Part shown: positions 18,807 through 28,600 of the stretch, piece by piece
How the letters are laid out: the number at the start of each line of letters is the position of its first letter
Position numbering within the stretch: the first letter of the stretch is position 1
DNA from: an uncultured euryarchaeote
Lineage (GTDB): Archaea; Thermoplasmatota; Poseidoniia; Poseidoniales; Poseidoniaceae
Direction: 5' to 3'
Length of the DNA stretch: 64,000 bases
Assembly: GCA_937911345.1 (NCBI GenBank)
Contig: CALDPP010000012.1
Location: 361 to 64,360 of the forward strand
The notes under the pieces: generated by a model
The model's input: only the letters and a program-made list of their open reading frames with translations
What the model was told of the DNA's origin: nothing
Databases searched by the model: none
Position numbers and translations under genes: made by a program

Positions 18807-18992
18807 ACCTACTACGCTAGACTAACAGACTATTTGGCCACGGTATATCATTACTTCTATCAATTCTCAAGACCCCTCGGTTTCCACTGGAGTTTTCCTT
18901 CACTCTACCATGCGTTTCTTGGAGCATTTTTCATGTCCATTGTAACTTGCGCCAACCGTCGAACAAATCAGTAATGACCCCATGGACTGTTC

Positions 18993-20015
18993 ATGCCCGA
19001 GCATAGTTTTGCACCTATTGAAGGAAGCATTGAACGACTAACCATTGACTCGGATTTGCTGAATAATCGCCTAGGCGACCCGACCAAAAGAGAGGTCATG
19101 GTTCATATTCCACGACAGGGGTTAGAATTGATTGAACAGGGTGGCAAACTACCGGTAATGATTTACCTGGCACCTTTTACTTCTTCGGGTTTAGCTCGAG
19201 CAGGTTGGAAGGCATTTGCTGAAACCCTACCGCAAAGACATGAGAGATTGGTCAACGATGAGAAAATGCCGCCGACTATTCTTGTTCTACCAGATTGCTT
19301 TACCTCACTAGGTGGAAACCAATTTGTTGACTCGGAAATTATGGGGAAATGGGGTTCATGGCTTCATAAGTCGCTAAAACCAACCATTGTAGAGCGCTAC
19401 TCCACAAATGGTAAATTCGCCTTATTTGGTAAATCATCTGGAGGATATGGTGCCCTACACAATGCAATCTCACATGAGGGAGAATGGAATGCTATTGCTT
19501 CCCATTCTGGTGATGTTGGATTTGATGTACTATATCGCTCTGACTTCCCCACTACTGCTACTCAAATAAACCAACAAGGAAATCTGGATAATTTCCTCAC
19601 ACACGTCAAGAAATGTAGTAAATTAAGTGGGGATGATTTCCATGCGCTAATGATTTGTGCAATGGCTGCGTCTTACGATTCTAAAGAAATTCACAACACT
19701 GGGATTAGTATTAGGCTACCATTTGATCTCGAAACATGTACCTTGGATAATGCGGCTTGGAATAATTGGTTAGCATTTGACCCATTATATTCAATTAAAA
19801 ATAATGGCAATTCGCTCAAAAACCTAGATTTGTTGTACATCGATTGCGGCAACAAAGACCAATATGGTATCCAATACGGCAGCCGGAAATTAATAAAAAT
19901 CTTACAAAAGCATGGTATAGAACACCACTGGGAAGAATTTGAAGGAACTCATTCTGGTATTGAACATAGATTAGATATCAGCATGCCTATGCTCGCAAAA
20001 GTGCTCTATAACTGA
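18993..20015 (+). CDS. Putative esterase (alpha/beta-hydrolase, esterase D/enterochelin-esterase-like family)
   Basis: GxSxG nucleophile elbow 'FGKSSGGYGA' with a His-rich C-terminal region. 340 aa. Confidence 0.45.
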   Translation: MPEHSFAPIEGSIERLTIDSDLLNNRLGDPTKREVMVHIPRQGLELIEQGGKLPVMIYLAPFTSSGLARAGWKAFAETLPQRHERLVNDEKMPPTILVLPDCFTSLGGNQFVDSEIMGKWGSWLHKSLKPTIVERYSTNGKFALFGKSSGGYGALHNAISHEGEWNAIASHSGDVGFDVLYRSDFPTTATQINQQGNLDNFLTHVKKCSKLSGDDFHALMICAMAASYDSKEIHNTGISIRLPFDLETCTLDNAAWNNWLAFDPLYSIKNNGNSLKNLDLLYIDCGNKDQYGIQYGSRKLIKILQKHGIEHHWEEFEGTHSGIEHRLDISMPMLAKVLYN

Positions 20016-20053
20016 GCCGATTTATTCATTGCCTGTCTACTGCTGGAACAATT

Positions 20054-21175
20054 ATGTCTGATAAGATGGACTACGCCAGTGCTGGGGTCGATATCGACCT
20101 TGAGGGTTCGGCAGTCGCCTCACTAATTTCTTCACTGGGAAAATCTGTGCGCCCAACCGGAACCCCTGGTGCGCCAGTTGATTTGCCTGGTGGTTTTGGC
20201 GGTCTGATTGAATTTGGTGACCATTTGTTAGCATTAGCAACTGATGGGGTGGGTAGCAAATTGCAAATTGCTTCTATGCTAAATCAATGGTCTGGTGTAG
20301 GGATAGATTGTATGGCAATGAATGTTAATGACTTACTTTGCGTTGGTGCAGAGCCAATTGCGTTTGTCGATTATGTTGCTGTACCAAAACCTGACCCAGA
20401 AGTTCATGCCGCTCTTGGGGCGTCATTGGCTGAGGCATGTCGCCTTGCGCGTGTCACTCTTGCCGGAGGAGAAACCGCTTCACTCCCTGGTATCGTTACT
20501 GAATTGGATTTGTCTGGAACGGCTCTTGGATACTTGAAGAAAGGAGAGGCGATTACTGGTGAAAATCTGCAAGCAGGTGATGTTTTGATTGGTCTACCGT
20601 CTTCGGGAATCCATTCCAACGGCTATTCTTTAGTCCGCAAAATTATGGAACATGCTGGTTTACAATATACAGACGATGCCCCATTTGATAGTTCAAGTTC
20701 TACAAGAGATATTTTGCGATTTAGTGAATCGGATGGTGACATAACCTTGGGTGAAATATTCCTTAATCCAACTAGAATTTATTGTGATCCTGTGGTTGAT
20801 TTAATCAAAAGCGCTCAATCGGGAGAAAATGGATTTACGGTCAAGGATGTCAGAGGTATATGTCATGTAACTGGAGGAGGTTTGTCAAATCTATTGAGGC
20901 TACACGATAACTTAGGATGGGAAATCAACAATCCAATTAATCCGCATCCTGAGTTTCTGTGGTTAGCTGAAATCGGCGGGGTTGAAACCTGGGAAATGTA
21001 TCGGACATTCAATATGGGGTGTGGAATGATTATTGCCGTGAGTTCACAGCACGCTGATAATATCTGTAATTGGCTCAGCAAGAAAATGGCCGGTGTACAA
21101 ATTATCGGAAACGTTGTAGACAACGGTCGAAAAGTTGTTCATTCCCAACTAGGAATTGAGTATAGTCACTACTGA
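20054..21175 (+). CDS. purM: Phosphoribosylformylglycinamidine cyclo-ligase (AIR synthetase)
   Basis: 'YASAGVDIDLEG', 'TDGVGSKL', 'GIDCMAMNVNDLLCVGAEPIAFVDY' and 'AGGETASLPG' match conserved PurM blocks. Confidence 0.8.
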   Translation: MSDKMDYASAGVDIDLEGSAVASLISSLGKSVRPTGTPGAPVDLPGGFGGLIEFGDHLLALATDGVGSKLQIASMLNQWSGVGIDCMAMNVNDLLCVGAEPIAFVDYVAVPKPDPEVHAALGASLAEACRLARVTLAGGETASLPGIVTELDLSGTALGYLKKGEAITGENLQAGDVLIGLPSSGIHSNGYSLVRKIMEHAGLQYTDDAPFDSSSSTRDILRFSESDGDITLGEIFLNPTRIYCDPVVDLIKSAQSGENGFTVKDVRGICHVTGGGLSNLLRLHDNLGWEINNPINPHPEFLWLAEIGGVETWEMYRTFNMGCGMIIAVSSQHADNICNWLSKKMAGVQIIGNVVDNGRKVVHSQLGIEYSHY

Positions 21176-21176
21176 A

Positions 21177-22103
21177 TCAGTTTAGTGCAGCAGCAATTTC
21201 TTCATTAAGCCCAGCAAACCTGTTGCTTAGTTCATTCATTGCTAGATTAAACGCAGTAACTGGATCTAGACTGCCATCTGTCTCGTAGGTTAGGATGTAG
21301 TCCCCTTCTACTGGTTCAAGAGTAATTGCGCCGTCGAAGTCCGCATCTCGACCAGTTCCTGGTCCAACTTGATGAAGGGCTCTTTCAAGATCCATTACAG
21401 TGTTAACATCCTCAACTTTCTTGTTTTTGAATAACTTAGCATCAATATCTCTACCGTCACTTGTCTTAAGATTCAATGCAAACAGAGTTTCTGCTTTCTT
21501 TGCGTTGTTCAACTTTGCAACATTTCTGTTACTAAATCCAACTCCTGCAACTGGAGACCACTTTTGATGGCTTGAGCCACGGCCAAGAGTTGCAAATGCA
21601 TACAATTCAAGGTACTGTCCCTTGGAAAGGATGGTGATTGGAATTCTTCGGTGCTCTTCTTTGATGTCAAACATTGGGTCAGAAATTGTGGTTAAATCTC
21701 CGGCATAAACAGTGATGTGGTCTTCTTCAGCATCTTGTGCTGGACCCTGCACATTCAATGAATACAGAACTTGACATTGTGGGCAGCCTTTCTCTGCCTC
21801 CACCATATCAATACAGACTGGGCAGGTTTCGAAAAAGTCCAATTTTTCTTCAGGATAAGTCGGTACTGGAATCATTGCTAGTCTGTGTGCTAGCATTTCA
21901 TCTGGGAGTACATTTACTGATTCTAGAATCACACCATCGTTTTCAACAACACCTTGACTGATGTTTACTCTTGTAATAGCTAATTTCGGCACATCTGAGA
22001 TTAACGCTCTTCTAATAGCGTTTACTTGAGACGCATCGGTTTCGCTTAGTGCAATTCTAATCGAATTTTCTTTGGGCCAGCCTTCTACAATCTGTGCTTT
22101 CAC
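21177..22103 (-). CDS. rpoD: DNA-directed RNA polymerase subunit D (Rpo3)
   Basis: 'VNAIRRALISDVPKLAI' and 'VLPDEMLAHRLAMIPV' match the Rpo3/RpoD consensus. An internal 'CPVCIDMVEAEKGCPQC' four-Cys motif is consistent with the Fe-S domain present in some archaeal Rpo3. It lies downstream of uS11 in the canonical operon. Confidence 0.85.
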   Translation of the reverse strand: MKAQIVEGWPKENSIRIALSETDASQVNAIRRALISDVPKLAITRVNISQGVVENDGVILESVNVLPDEMLAHRLAMIPVPTYPEEKLDFFETCPVCIDMVEAEKGCPQCQVLYSLNVQGPAQDAEEDHITVYAGDLTTISDPMFDIKEEHRRIPITILSKGQYLELYAFATLGRGSSHQKWSPVAGVGFSNRNVAKLNNAKKAETLFALNLKTSDGRDIDAKLFKNKKVEDVNTVMDLERALHQVGPGTGRDADFDGAITLEPVEGDYILTYETDGSLDPVTAFNLAMNELSNRFAGLNEEIAAALN

Positions 22104-22118
22104 TATATCACCACTATA

Positions 22119-22505
22119 TCATACACGTCGGCCACGTCGACCGCCTTTCTTCTTAGTCCCATCATGGGCGATTGGAGTAACATCTTCAATTCTAGTAATT
22201 GTCATGCCTGCACGTGTTAGTGCTCTGATTGCCGCTTGGGCACCTGGACCAGTATTGTTTGACAGGTTGCCGCCTGGGGCTCTATACTTTACAATAAGTT
22301 GAGTGAATTCTTTGTCCTTAAGAGCGTCTGCTAGTTTTTCTGCAGCTCTTGTAGCAGCGAATTGTCCACCACTGTCTTTGGATGACTTGACCATTTGACC
22401 ACCAGAACATGTGGTGATTGTTTCTGCTCCTGTTAGATCAGTAGCAGTCATTAAGATATTATTGTAGGAACTAAAGATGTTGACTATTGCTCTACGTGAC
22501 ATCAC
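22119..22505 (-). CDS. rps11: 30S ribosomal protein S11 (uS11)
   Basis: 128 aa. C-terminal '[19 protein letters not shown]' is uS11-typical. Sits in operon context. Confidence 0.85.
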   Translation of the reverse strand: MMSRRAIVNIFSSYNNILMTATDLTGAETITTCSGGQMVKSSKDSGGQFAATRAAEKLADALKDKEFTQLIVKYRAPGGNLSNNTGPGAQAAIRALTRAGMTITRIEDVTPIAHDGTKKKGGRRGRRV

Positions 22506-23152
22506 TCATCGCCTCCTGTTTCTACAGTTGGTGCTGCTTCAGCAGCAGCCTTAACTTCCGCAGCAAATTCTGGAGTTGCTTCTGGGTCTACTTCCTCAAC
22601 AGCGTACTCAGCCTTCTCTCTGCGTCCTTCAATTGCCTTTCTAATGGCGTGTTCTGGATTATTCAATCCACTGCTAGGATGATACTTGATGTGTTCTTCT
22701 TCATCTCTTGAAACCGGGTATGATGGGATTGTTACTTTTTGCTCACCGATGCAAATTAGTCCGTGGTTAACAAGTTGCCTTGCTTGCTTCATTGTCGTTG
22801 CAAGACCTTTGTAGTAAACTTGTGCTTGTAGACGTCGGTTCAGTATGTCTTCGGTTCCGAGCGACAGGATATCGTCCAATGTTGCATCAGATTGAATCAA
22901 TCCTTTGTTGTGTAGAGAACGTAGTAAGTCTTCCATTTCTCTCTTACCGTGTCCTTCACTGGTATCGACCATACCGATCAAGCGCATTGCTTGCCTTCGA
23001 TGGCGTCTTAATTGTGATTTGGCCTTCCAAATCTCACGCATGTTCTTCAAACCATGCTGGGCTTTGATTGCATGCTCTTCTTCTATACGTGCAGCCTTCC
23101 AAGGGTGGGAAGGTGTGTCAAACTTAGGTCTCGAAAATTTTGGCTCTCCCAT
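22502..23152 (-). CDS. rps4: 30S ribosomal protein S4 (uS4)
   Basis: 216 aa with an S4 RNA-binding domain region. Has a 4-nt overlap with rps11, and sits in the S13-S4-S11-RpoD order typical of archaea. Confidence 0.85.
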   Translation of the reverse strand: MGEPKFSRPKFDTPSHPWKAARIEEEHAIKAQHGLKNMREIWKAKSQLRRHRRQAMRLIGMVDTSEGHGKREMEDLLRSLHNKGLIQSDATLDDILSLGTEDILNRRLQAQVYYKGLATTMKQARQLVNHGLICIGEQKVTIPSYPVSRDEEEHIKYHPSSGLNNPEHAIRKAIEGRREKAEYAVEEVDPEATPEFAAEVKAAAEAAPTVETGGDE

Positions 23153-23161
23153 CTAAATCCC

Positions 23162-23629
23162 TCACTTCTTCCTGTTTACACCCAGTGTTAAGCCACCACG
23201 GCCATTCGAACGACCTCTTTGACCACGTACCTTGTTACCGCTTGCGTGTCTCACGCCACGGTAACATTTTATTGATCGAAGTCTGGTAATATCGTCTTTG
23301 AGTGTAAATTTAACTTGTTGACCTGTTAGGTGGAGTTCGTCCCCTGTTTCTAGGTCTCTCTGTCTGTTGAGCATCCACAATGGCACGGACTCGTTGTAGC
23401 CTTCAATAGCTAGACGAAGTTTTTCTTGGTCTTCAACAGACAAATGACCTGCCAACGATGCTGCATCAAATCCGGTGTTTTTACAGATTTGATTAGCGGT
23501 TCTTGCCCCGACTCCCTTAACAGCGGTAAGCGCTGTAGCAAGCGGTTTTAGACCGTCAATATCGGTATCTGCCATTCGAAGTATGTAAGAAAAATCTTCT
23601 CCTAGGTCTTCGGTTTTCGGTTGTGCCAT
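23162..23629 (-). CDS. rps13: 30S ribosomal protein S13 (uS13)
   Basis: 155 aa with a basic C-terminal tail 'GQRGRSNGRGGLTLGVNRKK'. First gene of the operon. Confidence 0.85.
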   Translation of the reverse strand: MAQPKTEDLGEDFSYILRMADTDIDGLKPLATALTAVKGVGARTANQICKNTGFDAASLAGHLSVEDQEKLRLAIEGYNESVPLWMLNRQRDLETGDELHLTGQQVKFTLKDDITRLRSIKCYRGVRHASGNKVRGQRGRSNGRGGLTLGVNRKK

Positions 23630-23746
23630 TTCTTTTCACCTTGATGCTTACACACAGTGTGAAGCAAGTTCCCGACCAACCTCCCATATATCAAGACCGC
23701 GATGCAGCAAGTGGTTTTTGATTTACCAAATTAGCCTGTAAAAACA
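23630..23746 (-). promoter_or_regulatory. Putative promoter/5' leader of the rps13-rps4-rps11-rpoD operon
   Basis: 117-nt non-coding gap upstream of rps13. The minus strand has a 'GATATAT' TATA-like element and a GGTGA Shine-Dalgarno-like element about 8 nt before the ATG. There is also a short CACACAGTGTG palindrome. Confidence 0.25.
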
Positions 23747-25036
23747 CTAATTTTTTACACAAAGTAGGTAATTTTCGCCTTTGGGATTGCGGAGTAAAAA
23801 TGCCTCTCTCGAACCGTGGCGTCTGACGAGTTGACGGTCAAAGGAACCCTGTAATTTAGGTTGCAATTTTGGATCTAGGCTCGCTCTAACAGTCACCTTA
23901 CCAATGTCATGCTGTAGGAAGATTTCAACGAATTTATCAGCCGAATCAATGGTTAATTCTCCCTCGATTAAGTCAACTATACGGCCTGTTGCTACAATCA
24001 AATTATTTGGACTTTTTGCGGTTTGTTGAAACACTTTCTGATGATAAATCATCGGCCTCCTACCCTGTGATTCAGCCCAGACATAATTGTCGATTGACGA
24101 CGCGTTTAACCAATCGTTTGCCATACCAGATTCTACTAAAGCAGCATCAATAATCGAAACATAACTACCCCTTTGTGGTTGAATGAATTGTTGTTCTTGG
24201 TTATCTTCCTGTTCTGCAATCGGTTTGCCGCCCAGCAAAATAAACGGCGGGGAGGTTGGGTCCGGGGGGATTCTAACAAATCGCCTTGCAATGGTTGGCT
24301 CGGCTATTGCACCTAACCACAAGGCAAGTCTGTCTACTCTCCCTCTGCCACGCGATGTCCATGTCCAAGTTTTACTTGTATTAGGCCAAAATTTCTCAAC
24401 CAAATCCTCGACTTCAATCATTTGCGCCGTAGAAAGCCGGGGTGACAAATCTAACAGTATTGCAGGGCCACTTTTACTGCATTTGATGTAAGGTTTCCAT
24501 CCTGCAAAAACCTCATCCAATCGAGGTGCCATCTCAGAGAGTGCATGCGCCCGACTGTTTCGAGGCCTGGCAGGATCTAGGTGCAGAAATGCAATTGACT
24601 CATTTTCGAGATTCAATAACGACATTATTTGTGAGCCGTCTCTACCATCGCCAACAATGAATACGCTATCCTTCAAACGGTTGAGTGAATTATCTCCACG
24701 TTCGGTGAATACGGTGCGAAAATTAACTGCGCTTGCTCTTGCACGGCTTTCGTTTAATTCAATGCCAACTATCGGGCGTTTGAGTATCTCTGAATATGCT
24801 GCAACCTGTATACCGCTACCGCATGCACAATCGAGGATTACACCTTCAGGAAGTGGATATTCACGTAGCATTATCGCCCTGGATAAAGCCACCTGCCAAG
24901 GCGTAGCTAGAGGTTTACCTTCGTCGGCATGAAAAAATTTGAATCGTTCTATTGAGGTTTTATCTGGAGTATTTTCGAATAATCCTTCACTAGATTCTGA
25001 TAACGGATGAATTATTCGAGGCATAACATCCCTCAA
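23747..25036 (-). CDS. SAM-dependent methyltransferase, probably an RNA (guanine-N2-type) methyltransferase
   Basis: Motif I 'ILDCACGSGIQVAAY' followed by 'IVGIELNE' (motif II acidic residue). 429 aa with an N-terminal extension. The specific family is not resolvable by eye. Confidence 0.5.
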   Translation of the reverse strand: MRDVMPRIIHPLSESSEGLFENTPDKTSIERFKFFHADEGKPLATPWQVALSRAIMLREYPLPEGVILDCACGSGIQVAAYSEILKRPIVGIELNESRARASAVNFRTVFTERGDNSLNRLKDSVFIVGDGRDGSQIMSLLNLENESIAFLHLDPARPRNSRAHALSEMAPRLDEVFAGWKPYIKCSKSGPAILLDLSPRLSTAQMIEVEDLVEKFWPNTSKTWTWTSRGRGRVDRLALWLGAIAEPTIARRFVRIPPDPTSPPFILLGGKPIAEQEDNQEQQFIQPQRGSYVSIIDAALVESGMANDWLNASSIDNYVWAESQGRRPMIYHQKVFQQTAKSPNNLIVATGRIVDLIEGELTIDSADKFVEIFLQHDIGKVTVRASLDPKLQPKLQGSFDRQLVRRHGSREAFLLRNPKGENYLLCVKN

Positions 25037-25659
25037 AATTTTGCAACATCACTTCTGGTCATCAGACTTTCAAAATTAATTCCCGCTGTCGCAAATGCCT
25101 CTTTAGCTCCCTCTTCCCGATCAACGATACTGATTACCCCAATTACTTCGCAATCTGTATCATTGTGTATTCTCTTTACTGCTTTGATGGCTGAGCCCCC
25201 GGTTGTCGTAACATCCTCAACAATGACGATCTTGCCGCCGCCTGACAGGGATGAACCCTCTATTCCTGGAGGATTGTTGGTTTTCCTTCCGCCCCTTCCT
25301 TTGGGTTCTTTTCGTACCATGAAGCCCCTTCTAGTGGACTCCTTTGGTGACATCGTTACTGCAATCGCCGTTAATGGAACCGCACCTAACTCAAGCCCAC
25401 CAACAAAATCTGCACCCATCTCATCCATGCGGATATTAAGGAGCTCGCCAATCAAGTGACTTGCTTCAGGATGCATCATCACCGGTTTGGTATCGAAAAA
25501 CCAACGCGATTGACGCCCGCTGGCTAGAGTGAATGCATCGTCACTACCTCCGTCGATGAAGGCCAATTCTCTAACTAAATCAACAAGTCTTGGCCATTTT
25601 GGATGACTTCGTATTGATTGCGCCATGTCTCTCGAATGATGGTTAAGCAAATGGCACAT
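25033..25659 (-). CDS. pyrE: Orotate phosphoribosyltransferase
   Basis: PRPP-binding motif 'KIVIVEDVTTTGGSA'. Type I PRTase size. Probable start at 'MAQSIRS'. Confidence 0.8.
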   Translation of the reverse strand: MCHLLNHHSRDMAQSIRSHPKWPRLVDLVRELAFIDGGSDDAFTLASGRQSRWFFDTKPVMMHPEASHLIGELLNIRMDEMGADFVGGLELGAVPLTAIAVTMSPKESTRRGFMVRKEPKGRGGRKTNNPPGIEGSSLSGGGKIVIVEDVTTTGGSAIKAVKRIHNDTDCEVIGVISIVDREEGAKEAFATAGINFESLMTRSDVAKF

Positions 25660-28600
25660 GAACTTTCGTTCACTATTGAGGATTTTTTGTCAAAATTTAC
25701 CTCTAGAGTTTGCTTTGGAATCAAAATTAGGCAATTTTTGATAAGCGGCCGGCTGCCTTGTCCAATGGTGAGGGGTATGGCGGATACGGTAAAAGTGCAA
25801 TCCGACCTAGATCCTCTCGAAGGAATCGATAGTTTAAGGCTCGAAAATGAAATGAAAAACTATCAGCAATGGATGGATGAGAGAACTGAAGATGCTTATC
25901 GAATTGCCGAGATTGCGCGAGCGAAAAACCTAGACTACAAACCATTTGTGGAAATACCAAGGGCTGCAGACCTAGCTGGCAGAACAGAAAAATTGTTGGT
26001 AGAATATCTCGGTGAATACGAGGTTGCGGATGACATTAGAAAGATGCTTGCAAAGCATGACCGTGAAACCACTTCTATGTTGATGGCGCAGTCAGTTGCC
26101 AGAGGATTTCGTGATGAAGGTCATGATTTGGTTACCGCGATAGATGTTGGACTTAGAGTTGGCTTGGCAATTCTAACGGAAGCGGTTCTAGTTGCGCCGC
26201 TGGAAGGTATCAGTGAGGTTCGTCTACTGAATAACCTAGATGGTTCACAGTTTGTCTCTGTACACTTTGCAGGCCCAATTAGAGCCGCTGGAGGTACTGC
26301 TCAGGCTCTTGCCGTACTGATTGCAGACATGATTAGAATCGAATTAAATGTCGGAAAATATCAACCGACAGATCCTGAAGTAGAACGGGTGAAAGAAGAG
26401 TTTGGACTATATCGTGGTAATTTGCAATACCGGCCAAGTCCAGAAGAAATCGATGAAATTGTTAGGGCTTGTCCGGTAATGATTAATGGCGAATCTACTG
26501 AACGAATTGAATGTTCTGGATATGGTGACGTGAGAAATATCGATGAAGCGAGGATTCGCGGTGGTGTCCTGCTGGTCATTGGAGAAGGTATGTGTTTGAA
26601 AGCACCTAAAATCCAAAGACATACGGAAAGAATGAAAATCGCTGGATGGGATTTCATCAGCAAGTTCGCTGAAAAAGGCAAAAAGAAGGAAGACGATGAT
26701 GAAGTCAAATTCAAATCAAGGTTAACAGAACCTATTACTAAGTTTATGAACGATATAATTGCCGGAAGACCCGTTTTTGGAGCACCCCAACAACCTGGTG
26801 GTTTTAGGCTTAGATACGGTCGTGCAAGGCCATCTGGATTGGCTGCAGCATCAGTCAATCCGGCTTGTATGTTGGCTATGGATGACTTCATTACAATTGG
26901 AACACAAATGAAAATTGAGCGCCCGGGAAAAGCATGTGCAATCACGCCTTCTGATCACACAGATGGACCTTGGGTTGTTTTGCAGGATGGAACCTTTACT
27001 CGCTGTGATACTGTTGAAAGTTTCAATCAACTCAAGAAAAGTATTGCTACCATCTGGGACAATGGTGAGATTGTAATTGGCTATGGCGAATTCATGGAGA
27101 ATAACAAAAATTTGGTGCCTGCTGGATATTCAATCGATTGGTGGGCAAGTGATCTCATTGAAGAGTTGAATTCTCCCGAAACTGTTGAAGATTTTCGCTC
27201 GATCATGGGGTTGTCAAAAACTGATTGCCCAAGCGGCATACCTGGCTTAACTAGGGAACAGTTCTCGGATGCTAATCTTAGATTCAACGTACGATTGCAT
27301 TGGCATAGATTCTTAGTCACTTTACAGCCAAATTGGGAGCAAGCTAAAGCAGTATCTGAGAAATTCAAAACCTCCTTACCTCCGCCACATAATCCGTGGT
27401 TTCTTGACTTGCCAATAGAGTGGGTTCCGGAATTAATTAAGGTCCTTGAGGGCGCAACTATTGAAAATTTAGCAATTAACGAAAACGATTTGTTAATGCC
27501 ACAACGAGAAGAGAGATGCCTAAGAATACGAAATGGTGTTAGTAATTGGACTTCATCTATCATGCATGAAATGCCTCCTGCGACATTAGAAATCGGCGAC
27601 ATCGCAAACCCTCCTGGTCCAGAATTTTCTGTGGATGATTTCATATTCGACCAAAAACCTTCAGCATTGTGGACTTTACAACAACATGGTATTGCAAAGG
27701 GGTCAGCATTGATTTTGGGACTTGCCCATCACCACGAAGGTGATGACCTGGTAATTACCAGTGGATGGTCTGCACTTCTCGAGTCTTTGGGATTTGCAGT
27801 GAACGAAAATAATATCATCATGATAACCGATTCAAAGAAGATCTTTGAAGATAAAATCGCTAAGTTAAAACTTGCTGAGGCTGTTTTAGCAAAGGAAGAA
27901 ACTCGACTGGAAGAACTAGAGAAAGAACGCGCAATACATAGAATATCTGCTGAGACTAATGCAAGACAGCAAGGGAAATCAATTGCTGAAACTGATGAAA
28001 TTGGACGAAGCGCCGCAGCAAGCATTCCCGACGAGGGACCACAAGATGCCAACAGATATCTTGCCTCTCAAATTGAGAGAGATGATTACAGAGTTGACGG
28101 AATCCTACCAGTAATCAAGAAGATCTCAAAATTGAGGTGGCACCATTCTGCTCCTGTTAGAATTGGTTGCCGAATGGGACGGCCAGAAAAGTCTGCTCCA
28201 AGAGTTATGAACCCAATGGCTCATACCCTATTCCCTATCGATTTAAATGGGGGAAATCAAAGATTGCTAACCAATGCAGCAGACAAGCAAAATATCCGAG
28301 TCCAGTTAGGCCTTAGAACCTGTAATAGTTGTGGGAAAAAATCACCAATGCTCTCTTGCCATCACCGGAAAGTGAATGAATATGGGGAGACGATGCTTGG
28401 TGAAAAATGCGGTGGACGGACCGAATTCAAAAAAGAATTAGAAGCAAATCGGAGAAGAAGAGGGGAAATTACTACTGTACCAATTGCATCAATGATTGAA
28501 GATGCAATGATAAATCTTGGACTTGAAAGAGTCCCGAACACTGTCAAGTGTATGAAGAAAATCGCTAGCAAAAATCAAACCCCTGAGGCTTTAGAAAAAG

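Noticed and set aside
23650-23675. Short palindrome CACACAGTGTG in the rps13 leader.
   Set aside because: It is only a 5-bp stem. It could be an operator or an RNA hairpin, but it is too short to call.
25618-25764. The N-terminal 49 codons of the DP2 ORF-track call, which overlap the pyrE 5' end. Similar long N-terminal extensions appear on speB (58487..58645), pth2-a (12202..12318) and 58531..58608.
   Set aside because: Internal Met codons give proteins that align with family N-termini and remove gene overlaps. The extensions are probably untranslated.
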